A DNA stretch of 64,000 nucleotides from a virus: positions 32,001 to 96,000 of the IMG/VR virus record IMGVR_UViG_3300027759_000003; one strand, written 5' to 3'. A program made the translations under genes and the position numbers. Position 1 is the stretch's first letter, and the number at the start of each line of letters is the position of its first letter. The notes beneath the pieces are model-generated. The model worked only from the letters and a program-made list of their open reading frames with translations, searched no databases and was not told where the DNA came from. Below are positions 29,279-39,212 of the stretch, one piece after another.

Positions 29279-30125
29279 TTACTTGCCTCATTAATTTAAT
29301 AAAAAGATCTCTTTTATATTTAATCCACCAACAAACAATCTGATGCATTTCAGATGTATAATTATTTAATAGTTCAGGTAACAAGTCAACCAAGTGATTC
29401 CAATTATCAACAGTTTTTACTGAATGATTATCTTCAAATACAAAATTAAAAAAATCTGTATTTTGCATTTTTGAGTCTAACTTATCTCCTATAGGCAAGC
29501 AAAGCATTTCAATTGCTTCATAAAATCTAAATGAATCAATAACCATCGCCCCGCTAGGGCAAGGAACAATCTTTGATAAAGACATTTTGTCATAGTATTG
29601 TTTTGGTTTTAGTCCTTCTGCAAAACCAGTAGTTGGATTATAAAAAGAATTAGGTATGTTAGGCATAACAGTTGCAAGTTCTTGTCTTCGTTGATGAGTT
29701 ATTTGTCCTGAAAAAAATACATCATATGATTTATCTTGATATTTTGGTAAATGTTTATGCAAATCTCTTGGCACACCCAACGCTAATTTATTATATTGCG
29801 AATGTTTTCTGTGCGGGTATTGAACCCAAATCTCAATATTTTTATGTTTTATTTTATCAACTTTAAATGTAGCACTTTCATCTCCAGTAATAAACAAAAT
29901 AACTCTATCTATCTTGTTTAACTCTTCAGATATTTGATCTTCATAGTCTACATTTTGTGGTCCAGGAATAACAACAAAGGCTCTATCTGTGTTAGGTAAG
30001 GTTGTTACCTTATCTGGTTTAATATTATTTTTATTAAAAAATTGTTTTAATAAACCGTAATCCCATTTATCAGCAGCACAGTCTTCTTGTTTAACTGAAT
30101 AAAGATATGCTTTAAGATCGCTCAT
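29271..30125 (-). CDS. Exostosin/GT47-like glycosyltransferase
   Basis: YDVFFSGQ, YYDKMSLSKIVPCPSG....SFRFYEAI motif. Confidence 0.7.
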   Translation of the reverse strand: MSDLKAYLYSVKQEDCAADKWDYGLLKQFFNKNNIKPDKVTTLPNTDRAFVVIPGPQNVDYEDQISEELNKIDRVILFITGDESATFKVDKIKHKNIEIWVQYPHRKHSQYNKLALGVPRDLHKHLPKYQDKSYDVFFSGQITHQRRQELATVMPNIPNSFYNPTTGFAEGLKPKQYYDKMSLSKIVPCPSGAMVIDSFRFYEAIEMLCLPIGDKLDSKMQNTDFFNFVFEDNHSVKTVDNWNHLVDLLPELLNNYTSEMHQIVCWWIKYKRDLFIKLMRQVNA

Positions 30126-30825
30126 AATATAAGTGTACTTCATGTTGATAGTCAAGCAATGTTTCTTTGTAGCCAATACCCTTAATAAACTGTCTTAAAT
30201 CATGCAAATATTCTTTCCAATACATCATCATAAATTCTGGGTGTCCAGATAGCCAAATCTTAGGTTTGTGCTCTCTAAGGACCCTTTCAGCCCCTCCTAG
30301 GACCCTCCATTCACTACCCTCAACATCAAGAGAAATTGCAGTAGGCGGCTTCATTCCTTTTTCATATACAAGCGTATCAATTTTTGTTTGACCATATTTA
30401 TCTGCTTCATACTGCAGTTCTTTAAATCCATGAGCAGCCTCAATAGGAGCATCTGCTTCTGGTGGAAACTCGCCATAATAAATACGTGCAAGTTTATTAT
30501 CTTTATCTGATGCAAACCCAGGAATACATGCAATTGGTTTTTCTAAATTATTAGCACTCCAAAGCAAAGGAAAGTGTGACCAAACCTTTGGATTAGGTTC
30601 AAATAAAACAACTTCTGCTCCCCACATTTGACATAGGGCAGGCATTTCTCCTTCTTCTGCTCCAACATAGTAAACAACATCGCCTTTACCAATATTTTCA
30701 TGCATTGATTTTAATCTAATTTTTTCCCAACCATGTGGTTGATACCATTCTGGTCTATCTGCACGATGCTTTGGTAACATTATTTCAAATTCCCCGTTAA
30801 CAGTAGCCTTAATCATTTCAGTCAT
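30112..30825 (-). CDS. FkbM-family methyltransferase
   Basis: VYYVGAEEG, VVLFEPNP and ISLDVEGSEWRVLGGA motifs. Confidence 0.85.
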   Translation of the reverse strand: MTEMIKATVNGEFEIMLPKHRADRPEWYQPHGWEKIRLKSMHENIGKGDVVYYVGAEEGEMPALCQMWGAEVVLFEPNPKVWSHFPLLWSANNLEKPIACIPGFASDKDNKLARIYYGEFPPEADAPIEAAHGFKELQYEADKYGQTKIDTLVYEKGMKPPTAISLDVEGSEWRVLGGAERVLREHKPKIWLSGHPEFMMMYWKEYLHDLRQFIKGIGYKETLLDYQHEVHLYYERS

Positions 30826-31705
30826 TTTGTATCCACTCTACTAATGATACCTTTGGTATCCATCCAGTTAGATCTTTAAACTTGGCGTTAGAGGCAAGAG
30901 TTTCTTGCACTTCACCAATTCTTGGCGGTATAAATTTAATATCATTTGAAATCATATTAGCAATATCAAGTATAGCGTAGTTACTTCCATACCCAATGTT
31001 ATATACTTCACCAAACCCACTTTTAACTTCAGATGCAAGTATGTTTGCTTGTACTACGTCTGATATATGGGTAAAATCTCTACGCTGAGAACCATCTCCA
31101 ACTACTGTTAGTGGCTTTGACTCATGATGTTGTTTAAAAAATAGTCCTATTACTGGTGCATACTGCCCCTTTAATGGTTGTCTATCTCCGTAAACATTAA
31201 AATATCTAAGCGATATAGTCTTTAATCCGTAAAGGTTGTGATAAACTCTTGCAAGGTTTTCACCAAAGACTTTAGCAGCAGAATATGGGGTTAATGGATC
31301 AGGTGATTGTGTTTCTTGGTTTGGAAGCAAAGCCTTTTTGCCATAAGAAGAGGATGTGCTTGAATAGATTAGTCTATCTACCTTGTTAACCCTGCAAAGT
31401 TCAAGAACATTGGCTGTTCCTACTGCGTTTGATTGAATAGATTTTTTTGGATTTAATATTGCTGGCTGTATTCTTGCATCAGATGCTACGTGAAATACGC
31501 AGTCAACATCTTTAAAGAGTGGTGCAATTAGGTCATAATCACAAATGTCATGCTTATAATTTTGTGCTTTATCATTCCAATAGAACTGCTCATGACATTC
31601 TGCAGACTCATCATCAATGCAAATAACATCGTGACCAAGACTAATTAACTTATCAACAAGGTTTGATCCAATAAAACCAGCACCACCAGTAACTAAATAT
31701 TTCAT
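30818..31705 (-). CDS. NAD-dependent nucleotide-sugar epimerase/dehydratase
   Basis: LVTGGAGFIGS, YSAAK, LRYFNVYG and RDFTHISDV motifs. Confidence 0.93.
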   Translation of the reverse strand: MKYLVTGGAGFIGSNLVDKLISLGHDVICIDDESAECHEQFYWNDKAQNYKHDICDYDLIAPLFKDVDCVFHVASDARIQPAILNPKKSIQSNAVGTANVLELCRVNKVDRLIYSSTSSSYGKKALLPNQETQSPDPLTPYSAAKVFGENLARVYHNLYGLKTISLRYFNVYGDRQPLKGQYAPVIGLFFKQHHESKPLTVVGDGSQRRDFTHISDVVQANILASEVKSGFGEVYNIGYGSNYAILDIANMISNDIKFIPPRIGEVQETLASNAKFKDLTGWIPKVSLVEWIQND

Positions 31706-32661
31706 TTTATGTTTAGAGTTTCTAATATGCTTGCCCATCTATGAACATATGTATGTTCTTTTTTAGTCCGCTCATGACCAGCAATCCTTATTTCTTCTCT
31801 GGTTAATCCATCTAAGATGTAGTAATCTATTTTTTGTTTAAGGTCTTCAAGATTACCATGCTCATAAAATATAATTTCTTTACCATCTTCAAAATATTTA
31901 TCAAGTCCTTTGATGCGGGGATAGATAGTAAAACCACCACGACCAGTGCTTTCAAATAGTCTATCGCTTGTATAGTATGGATAGTTAAAGTTTATGTTTA
32001 AACTATCACCTATGGCTACTTTGCTTCTTGCATAGATGCGATTAAGCGCTTCTCCACGCACAGTTCCAGTATCTCCATCGCCACCAACATGTAGGAATCT
32101 TTTACCGTATGTTTTTCGTAAGAAATCTATTAGTTGTGGACGGTATTTATGCTCATGGTGATACCCTTTGCTACCAACAAAAATTATGTCATGCTCAAAG
32201 TTGTGTGGATCGTAATCTTGATGAACGTAGCATTCTTTATCATATACACCAGCAGGTAAGAAATGTCCTTTAACTTCTGTATTTTCATTAAACCAATCAC
32301 ACATTAACTTATCTGTAGCAAAAAAGTGACCTATATTTGTGTAGAAATCATCATTCTTTAAATCTTTTTCACGCTCAATTCCAAACCACAAATCCAAGTG
32401 ATAAGTCATAGTTGGTATGCCAGCAGCCTTTAATTCTTTTAGTACATCAGTCATAGATCTAGATCCTGGAGTCTGCCATCTATGTGTGTGTACCCAGATA
32501 AATAGATTAGAGTTTAATGCTGCGTTTAATATTTCTGTGCTACCTGCTTTTTTTTCTTGCAGTTTTTTCACGGTATGCCCAAGAGATTCCAAAGACTTAG
32601 CATGATGATTCTCACTACTATAAGGCACTTCAAAGTTGCCTAGAAATACTATATTAGCCAA
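31702..32661 (-). CDS. Glycosyltransferase (CgeB / Glyco_trans_1_2-like)
   Basis: DIIFVGS, SDRLFESTGRGGF and HTYVHRW motifs. Confidence 0.8.
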   Translation of the reverse strand: MANIVFLGNFEVPYSSENHHAKSLESLGHTVKKLQEKKAGSTEILNAALNSNLFIWVHTHRWQTPGSRSMTDVLKELKAAGIPTMTYHLDLWFGIEREKDLKNDDFYTNIGHFFATDKLMCDWFNENTEVKGHFLPAGVYDKECYVHQDYDPHNFEHDIIFVGSKGYHHEHKYRPQLIDFLRKTYGKRFLHVGGDGDTGTVRGEALNRIYARSKVAIGDSLNINFNYPYYTSDRLFESTGRGGFTIYPRIKGLDKYFEDGKEIIFYEHGNLEDLKQKIDYYILDGLTREEIRIAGHERTKKEHTYVHRWASILETLNIK

Positions 32662-32732
32662 GGATCCCGCCCATTCTGTGTTTATAACAGTATACCAGAT
32701 TCTGATATACTTATAAGAAAGCGGGGTATTTG

Positions 32733-33422
32733 ATGGATTTTGTTTATATTTGTCGTGATGGAGAAAATGAAGAGTTAAGATACTCCATTAGGTCTGTCTT
32801 GCTTAGTTTTCCAGAGGCAAAGGTTTGGGTCGTAGGTGGAAAGCCAAAATGGTATTCTGGCAATCATGTTTTTTTAGAACAAAATGATAACAAATATGCT
32901 AATGCTGTAAATAATTTAAAGGCTGTTTGCGATACTTCAGATATATCTGATAATTTTATATTAATGAATGATGATTTTTTTATTATTAAAAAAATAGAAA
33001 CAATAGAACAATTTTACAATGGGCTGTTGTCTGAAAAAATAGATAAATTTACAAAGATTACTGGATCATCAATGTATATTAGAAAACTTATAACAACAAA
33101 CAATAAATTAAACAAGTTGGGGTTTACAAAGCCATTAGACTATGAGTTACACGTACCAATGCCAATGCATAAAGCGGGATTACTTTATATATTAAATGAA
33201 TATCCAGAATGTTTATGGAGATCAATGTATGGTAATTTATTTAATGTTGGGGGTAGTCAAATGGAAGATGTTAAAGTATATAAAAACAAAAGGCATGCTG
33301 CAAGATCAGCACAAATAACTAAAAATTCTATTTATTTATCAACAGAAGATACAGGTTTAACCATAATGGTTGATAATATATTTAAAGAATTACTAACAAA
33401 CCCTAGTCCTTACGAGCAGTAA
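32733..33422 (+). CDS. Stealth-like sugar-phosphotransferase/glycosyltransferase
   Basis: MDFVY...EELRYSIRS...KPKW...FILMNDDFF...HVPMP resemble Stealth conserved regions. Confidence 0.6.
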   Translation: MDFVYICRDGENEELRYSIRSVLLSFPEAKVWVVGGKPKWYSGNHVFLEQNDNKYANAVNNLKAVCDTSDISDNFILMNDDFFIIKKIETIEQFYNGLLSEKIDKFTKITGSSMYIRKLITTNNKLNKLGFTKPLDYELHVPMPMHKAGLLYILNEYPECLWRSMYGNLFNVGGSQMEDVKVYKNKRHAARSAQITKNSIYLSTEDTGLTIMVDNIFKELLTNPSPYEQ

Positions 33423-33424
33423 TC

Positions 33425-34207
33425 CTACTCCCAATCGGCTATTTGATTATAGGTAACAGAGTATTCTCCAGAGTATATTTCTGCATAGGAGATCATATCT
33501 TTGTTATATCGTGTTACAGTATTCTTATCTACTAAACCTGTTTTATATTTTTTACCATGCATAATTGGCAAATGTTTTATATTTTCTGATGCCAATGAAT
33601 TATTTAGTGCTTGTATATATCTAGTCTTGCCAAATTGTTTTGAAAGAAATGATTGTTTTGGATATTCTTTTTCTATCCACAGCCTTTCATTATGATCAGA
33701 AGGCTTTGGGTTTAACACTCTTTCTACTTCATTGTGATATATTCTTGTAGACCAACTCTTCATATTTCTTTCATAATTTATTAAATTTTTGTATGTAGAA
33801 TCTGCGTAAGCCATAAAATTCTTATCAAGATCAGACGTAGGTACACCAGTTGCAAATGTTATTAAAAAACAAGTAGCGTAAGGAAATTTATCCGTATATT
33901 TTATTACCTCAAAATGTAGGTTTGGATTAAAAGAATTAACAGAAATGTTGTCAGAAGTCAACCGCATATGGTTACCAATAGAGACAAACTCTGGCGTATT
34001 CATATCACAATCTACAAAAAGACAATCCTCTGGATTAATTCCATCAGCAATAGTTAAAATGTTTTTATCGTATGCCCCAACAACAACTGATCCATTGTAT
34101 CGATTAATTAACTTAGCAGTCATAAATCCATCAATATCGGGAGAAACAATTAATTTTTTAGAGTATTCTAATGTATCTAATATGCTGGTTTTTAAATTAA
34201 ATTCCAT
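33425..34207 (-). CDS. DHH-like phosphoesterase-fold protein
   Basis: SPDIDG, LFVD and GNH motifs in DHH order (degenerate). Confidence 0.45.
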   Translation of the reverse strand: MEFNLKTSILDTLEYSKKLIVSPDIDGFMTAKLINRYNGSVVVGAYDKNILTIADGINPEDCLFVDCDMNTPEFVSIGNHMRLTSDNISVNSFNPNLHFEVIKYTDKFPYATCFLITFATGVPTSDLDKNFMAYADSTYKNLINYERNMKSWSTRIYHNEVERVLNPKPSDHNERLWIEKEYPKQSFLSKQFGKTRYIQALNNSLASENIKHLPIMHGKKYKTGLVDKNTVTRYNKDMISYAEIYSGEYSVTYNQIADWE

Positions 34208-34469
34208 TATCTTCCATATACTTCAGCCGTTCCATTAGGGCCTGGTGCTCTGGATCATTTAGCATCTCTTCAATAGACTCTTTTATGTTTGGTCTTAACT
34301 TACTTAATGGTTCCACATACCTTGGATCTTTTGTGACGGTATAAAGAAGTGATCGTAATGCCTCACATTCATCATGCTTCCACCATGTATAGCAAACATC
34401 ATCTTCTATGTTGGGGCAAAGGTAGTACTGGTCTTTAATGGTTTGAATTATTTCTTCTGCATTCATCAT
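34197..34469 (-). CDS. Hypothetical protein
   Basis: 90-aa ORF coupled to the downstream gene. Confidence 0.55.
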   Translation of the reverse strand: MMNAEEIIQTIKDQYYLCPNIEDDVCYTWWKHDECEALRSLLYTVTKDPRYVEPLSKLRPNIKESIEEMLNDPEHQALMERLKYMEDNGI

Positions 34470-34544
34470 TAGTCCTTAGTCATAAAGAATATTGCTGCAA
34501 TAAAAATTATAAGAGCAGAAATTAAAGTGTTCTTAATAAAACTA

Positions 34545-34757
34545 TTAAATTTCATTTTGTCCCCTTGCTATGGCTGCAGATATTTCAAATGCTTTTGTTG
34601 TACGACGAGACTTATTAAGACCCTTAGCCTTCCAAAGATCGCTGGTGCCTTGAATATCTTGAGCAATCTGTTCACGAATTTCTTTAACAGTTTCCACAAT
34701 AAAATGCCAAATTTGTTCTTTGTGTTCATCTGATAGTTCTTCGGTCCAGTTACTCAT
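34545..34757 (-). CDS. Hypothetical protein
   Basis: VKEIREQIAQDI...AAIARG motif, GGGAG RBS. Confidence 0.6.
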   Translation of the reverse strand: MSNWTEELSDEHKEQIWHFIVETVKEIREQIAQDIQGTSDLWKAKGLNKSRRTTKAFEISAAIARGQNEI

Positions 34758-35494
34758 TTTCTTCTTCAAACTCCCTTAATGCGTTAGAATTGTTTAAACA
34801 AAATCCACAATCACCATTAACTAATCTATTATTACAACTGTTACAATAATCATTCATAAAAAGAATCAACTACCTTTGTCCATAGTTTCCAAAGACCAAG
34901 AGAAATTAAAAATGCAATAAATATACCAAGTAGTTTCCCCATATATCTAGTATATCAAACTATCTTAGATATAGTAAGTAGCCCATTTATTTTGTCCTTT
35001 TTCAAAAAGACTAGATATCTTAGCAAACATTCTTGCTCGTAATGCATGTTTTTTATCGTCAGCCCTAATCTCTTTAAGAAGAAAAAAGGTAAATACTGAT
35101 CCACAGATATTTCCTATGAACCTTAAGAATATATTGTTAGTCTTTTCTTTTCTAATAAATTTTTTCATATTTTTATTATACACCTAATTCCTTTTCTACC
35201 TTGCCCAAAATTCTATTTACCATAGCCTGTCTTTCGGCGGGATCTAAAGAAACCCCATTATCCATCTCAGTCATAGTAACAGCCATCTGGACTATATCTT
35301 CATACTTCATTTATGCTCCTTCATATGATTAGTTAAGGTTTGCGAAGCCATGCTAGACCTAGACTCTATCTCTTTTTTACACACTGAACAAATTATTATA
35401 CGAGCCATATATTCAGTATATCAAAGTTTGAGAGGTTTGTAAAGTCAAAATAATGGTATAATTTAGACATATACCACGGAGGTAATACCTTTTA

Positions 35495-36655
35495 ATGACT
35501 ACCAAGAGTTTTAAAACAGGCTTATCCTTAGCGGTTGGTAACGCAAGTGCTGCTATTCCCAATTCTCCTACTATTGGCACTGCTACTACAACAGGAGCAA
35601 CAACAGCAACTGTTACATATACCGCCGCAACTTTAGGTGCTCTTGGTTCTACATTTACCGCTACATCAAGTCCAGGATCTGTTACTGGAACTGGTTCTTC
35701 ACCTATTACGGTTAGTGGTTTGACTGGTGAAACAAATTATACTTTTACAGTCACCGCTACAAATTCTAATGGAACATCAGCAGCCTCTGCTGCAAGTAAT
35801 CAAATTACTACTGATGCAAATACAGTAGTTGCCGATATGCTAATAATTGCAGGTGGAGGAAGTGGTGGAGCATATATCTATGGTGGAGGTGGAGGTGCTG
35901 GTGGATATGTAGAATCAAATTCTTATACATTAAGTTTATCTACAAATTACTCAATAACTATTGGGGCAGGTGGTGCTGGTAATAAAAATAATAATGGCTC
36001 AAATGGAAGTAATACAACATTTGGTTCTATTTATACTGCTACTGGTGGTGGCGCTGGCGGAAGTTGGAACGCTGACAGAAACGGTCAAAATGGTGGTTCA
36101 GGTGGTGGCGGTGGTGAAAATAGTGGTTCTGGCAATGCAGGTTCTGCAACACAAGCAAGTTATGGTGGATTAGGTTTTGGTAATAATGGTGGAGTTTGGT
36201 CAGGCGGTTCTGCTGGTGGCGGTGGAGGTGCAGGTGGAATAGGCGGTGTTGGTGGAACAGGTTATGCAAACTCTGCAGGTGGTGTTGGTAAATCATCTTC
36301 TATAACTGGAACTGCTACATATCGTGCTGCTGGTGGTGGTGGTTCTTCTAATGGGGGTACACCCTATGCTCTTGGCGGCAATGGCGGAGGTGGAAACGGT
36401 AGTAAATGGTTTAATGCCTCGCCTTTTCTTAATGCAACTAGTGGAGATGCTAACACTGGTAGTGGTGGTGGCGGTGATAATACACAAACTGTTGGTGCAG
36501 GTGGTGGCAATGGAGGCTCAGGTATTGTTATTTTAAGATATTTAAATTCAAAAACAATTACAATAGGTGCAGGTCTAACAGGTAGCACAGCAATAGATGG
36601 TTCACATAAAGTAACCACAATAACTGCGGGTACTGGAAATGTGAGTTGGTCATAA
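35495..36655 (+). CDS. FN3 + glycine-rich domain protein (putative adhesin/virion appendage) 1
   Basis: SPITVSGLTGETNYTFTVTATN FN3; IIAGGGSGG...GGSGIVILRY Gly-rich domain. Confidence 0.8.
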   Translation: MTTKSFKTGLSLAVGNASAAIPNSPTIGTATTTGATTATVTYTAATLGALGSTFTATSSPGSVTGTGSSPITVSGLTGETNYTFTVTATNSNGTSAASAASNQITTDANTVVADMLIIAGGGSGGAYIYGGGGGAGGYVESNSYTLSLSTNYSITIGAGGAGNKNNNGSNGSNTTFGSIYTATGGGAGGSWNADRNGQNGGSGGGGGENSGSGNAGSATQASYGGLGFGNNGGVWSGGSAGGGGGAGGIGGVGGTGYANSAGGVGKSSSITGTATYRAAGGGGSSNGGTPYALGGNGGGGNGSKWFNASPFLNATSGDANTGSGGGGDNTQTVGAGGGNGGSGIVILRYLNSKTITIGAGLTGSTAIDGSHKVTTITAGTGNVSWS

Positions 36656-38640
36656 TGGCAATTAAAAGATTAGTTAATGACTCAAGTTTAGTAAATAGTT
36701 TTAGAGCCAGTAGAGGTCAATCTAGTGCAGCAATTCCTAATGCGCCTACTATTGGTACAGCAACTGCTGTTACTGGTACTACAGCAACTGTTACTTATAC
36801 CGCCGCAGTTTTAGGTGCTACAGCATCATCCTTTACAGCAACTTCTAATCCAGGATCATTAACAGGTACTGGTTCTTCACCTATAACGGTTAGTGGTTTA
36901 GATGGTGAAACAAATTATACTTTTACAGTTTATGCAACTAATGCAAATGGTAACTCAACGCAATCTGGTGCAAGTAATCAAATTACTACACCTGTTGCTA
37001 CTTTATCTGTTGATTACTTAGTTGTCGCTGGCGGCGGCGGTGGTGGTGTTGGTGGCGGTGGCGCTGGTGGATATAGAACTTCTGTTGGCTCTGGTCAAGG
37101 TTCTCCTTTAACTATATCATTAAATGCTGATTACACTGTTATAGTAGGTGCTGGTGGCGCTACTTCAACATCAGGTATTAATTCAGTATTTTCTACAATT
37201 ACATCTACTGGTGGTGGTAGAGGTGCAAGTGGAGTCTCTGTATTTGACGGTGGTTCAGGTGGTGGTGGTAGTAATGATGCTACTAATTATGGTTTAGGAA
37301 ACACTCCAGCAACTTCACCTTCACAAGGTAATAATGGTGGCTCAAGATTTAATGGACAAACTTCAGGCGGCGGCGGCGGTGCAGGTGCAGTAGGTGGTAA
37401 TGCAAGCAATTCTACTACTGGTGGCCATGGTGGTGATGGTGCTGCTAACTCTATTACTGGTTCTTCTGTAACTTATGCAGCAGGTGGTGGAGGTGGTGGT
37501 TGGGGTGGTGGTAGTTTTAACGTTTCTGGTGGTGGTAATGGTGGTAGTAGCGGTCTCGGCGGAAATGCTGAAAGAAACGGAGTCGTTGGGCAACCAGGAA
37601 CAGTAAATACTGGTAGTGGCGGTGGCGGCGGATATTGGGTAAATGGTTTAGGTACAGGCGGCTCAGGAATTGTTGTAGCCCGATACTCAGGCACTGTACA
37701 AAAAGCAAGTGGTGGAGTGGTTACTACATCAGGTGGAAATACAATTCACACATTTACCACATCTGGAAACTTTTTAACTTTATCATCTCCACTAGCAAAA
37801 GCAAGCGGTGGAGTTATATCTACTGATGGTACTTATTGGTATCACGCATTTTTATCTTCAGCAACATTTACTCCTACTCAATCATTAACTGCTGATGTAT
37901 TAGTAGTTGCTGGTGGTGGCGGAGGAGGTACTTCTGATTCTGATACTGGCGGCTCTGGCGGTGGTGGTGCAGGTGCGCTTCGTTATTTTGCTTCACAATC
38001 ATTAACCGCAACTGGATATTCTGTAACAGTTGGTGCTGGTGGTACTGCGGGTACAACAAGTAATGTTGGTACTAATGGTATAAATTCACAGTTTGGTTCT
38101 TTATCTGCTTCATCAGGTGGCGGTTGCGGTGGTGGTGGTAATTCCCCTGGATATGGTGGAAGTAATGGTGGTTCAGGTGGTGGTGGTAAATCTAATACAG
38201 GTAATAATGGGGCTGGAACTGGAACTACAGGTGGCAATAATGGCGGTGGTGGCAATAATGGCGGACAACGTGGTGGAGGTGGAGGTGGAGGAGCAGGTGC
38301 TGCTGGTACTGCTGGTGGATTTAGTGCGTCAGGTGCAGGTGGAATTGGGTTAAATACATATTCATCTTGGGCAAGTGCAACTGGAACTGGAGTAAGTGGT
38401 TATTATGCAGGCGGAGGCGGTGGCGGAGAAGGTGGTGCATCAGGTAATGGCGCTGGACTTGGTGGAACGGGTGGAGGAGGTCGAGGCAATTCACATACTT
38501 CTGGAATTGCTGGTGCAGCGGGAACTGCAAATACTGGCGGCGGTGGAGGTGGCGGCGGAGGCAGTGCAAGCGTTGGTGGTTTATACCCAACAGGAAATGC
38601 TGGCGGTAGCGGTATAGTAATTATAAGATATGCAGTCTAA
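36655..38640 (+). CDS. FN3 + two glycine-rich domains protein 2
   Basis: FN3 then two VVAGGGGGG...GGSGIV.RY domains; ATG at 36655 coupled to the previous stop. Confidence 0.8.
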   Translation: MAIKRLVNDSSLVNSFRASRGQSSAAIPNAPTIGTATAVTGTTATVTYTAAVLGATASSFTATSNPGSLTGTGSSPITVSGLDGETNYTFTVYATNANGNSTQSGASNQITTPVATLSVDYLVVAGGGGGGVGGGGAGGYRTSVGSGQGSPLTISLNADYTVIVGAGGATSTSGINSVFSTITSTGGGRGASGVSVFDGGSGGGGSNDATNYGLGNTPATSPSQGNNGGSRFNGQTSGGGGGAGAVGGNASNSTTGGHGGDGAANSITGSSVTYAAGGGGGGWGGGSFNVSGGGNGGSSGLGGNAERNGVVGQPGTVNTGSGGGGGYWVNGLGTGGSGIVVARYSGTVQKASGGVVTTSGGNTIHTFTTSGNFLTLSSPLAKASGGVISTDGTYWYHAFLSSATFTPTQSLTADVLVVAGGGGGGTSDSDTGGSGGGGAGALRYFASQSLTATGYSVTVGAGGTAGTTSNVGTNGINSQFGSLSASSGGGCGGGGNSPGYGGSNGGSGGGGKSNTGNNGAGTGTTGGNNGGGGNNGGQRGGGGGGGAGAAGTAGGFSASGAGGIGLNTYSSWASATGTGVSGYYAGGGGGGEGGASGNGAGLGGTGGGGRGNSHTSGIAGAAGTANTGGGGGGGGGSASVGGLYPTGNAGGSGIVIIRYAV

Positions 38641-38652
38641 CAAAGGAGAAAT

Positions 38653-38853
38653 ATGAAAAAAGATAACGCAACTAAAATAAAAGAAACAAAGACAACACAA
38701 TGTTTTAGTTATGAAATAACAATGTTAGTACACGTTATTTCTGATACCGAAACAAACGCTAAAGCACAATTAGACGAAAAAGGCGGTATTGTTACAAAAC
38801 GTAATGTACAATTAGTTAATAAATCAACTCTCTACGGAGAAGAAACGGAATAA
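38653..38853 (+). CDS. Small hypothetical protein (paralog of 43310-43471)
   Basis: AGGAG RBS; CFSYEITMLVH...LDEKGG motif. Confidence 0.65.
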   Translation: MKKDNATKIKETKTTQCFSYEITMLVHVISDTETNAKAQLDEKGGIVTKRNVQLVNKSTLYGEETE

Positions 38854-38855
38854 TC

Positions 38856-39197
38856 ATGGGTCACTATGCAAAAATAGAAGACGGAATTGTTACACAGGTA
38901 ATCGTTGCCGATGGACCAGACTGGTGTGAAAAAAACTTAGGTGGTGAATGGGTTCAAACCTCATACAACACACACGGTGGAGTTCATTCAGGCGGTAAAT
39001 TTGCTATCCACAAAAATTATGCAGGTATTGGATACACATTTGACGGTATTGGCTTTGCCGCACCTCAACCTTATCCATCTTGGACAAAAAATTTAAACAC
39101 ATACTTGTGGGAAGCACCAACCCCAATGCCAGTTGATGACAAAATCTATCGTTGGGATGAAGACACAACCTCTTGGGTTGAAGTAACACAAGAATAA
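38856..39197 (+). CDS. Conserved partner of glycine-rich proteins (putative fibre assembly/chaperone)
   Basis: MGHYAKIEDGIVTQVIVA...WVQTSYN...KNYAGIGYT...PQPYPSW...WEAPTPMP...WDE motif family. Confidence 0.75.
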   Translation: MGHYAKIEDGIVTQVIVADGPDWCEKNLGGEWVQTSYNTHGGVHSGGKFAIHKNYAGIGYTFDGIGFAAPQPYPSWTKNLNTYLWEAPTPMPVDDKIYRWDEDTTSWVEVTQE

Positions 39198-39212
39198 AAA
39201 AAAGGTATCTAA

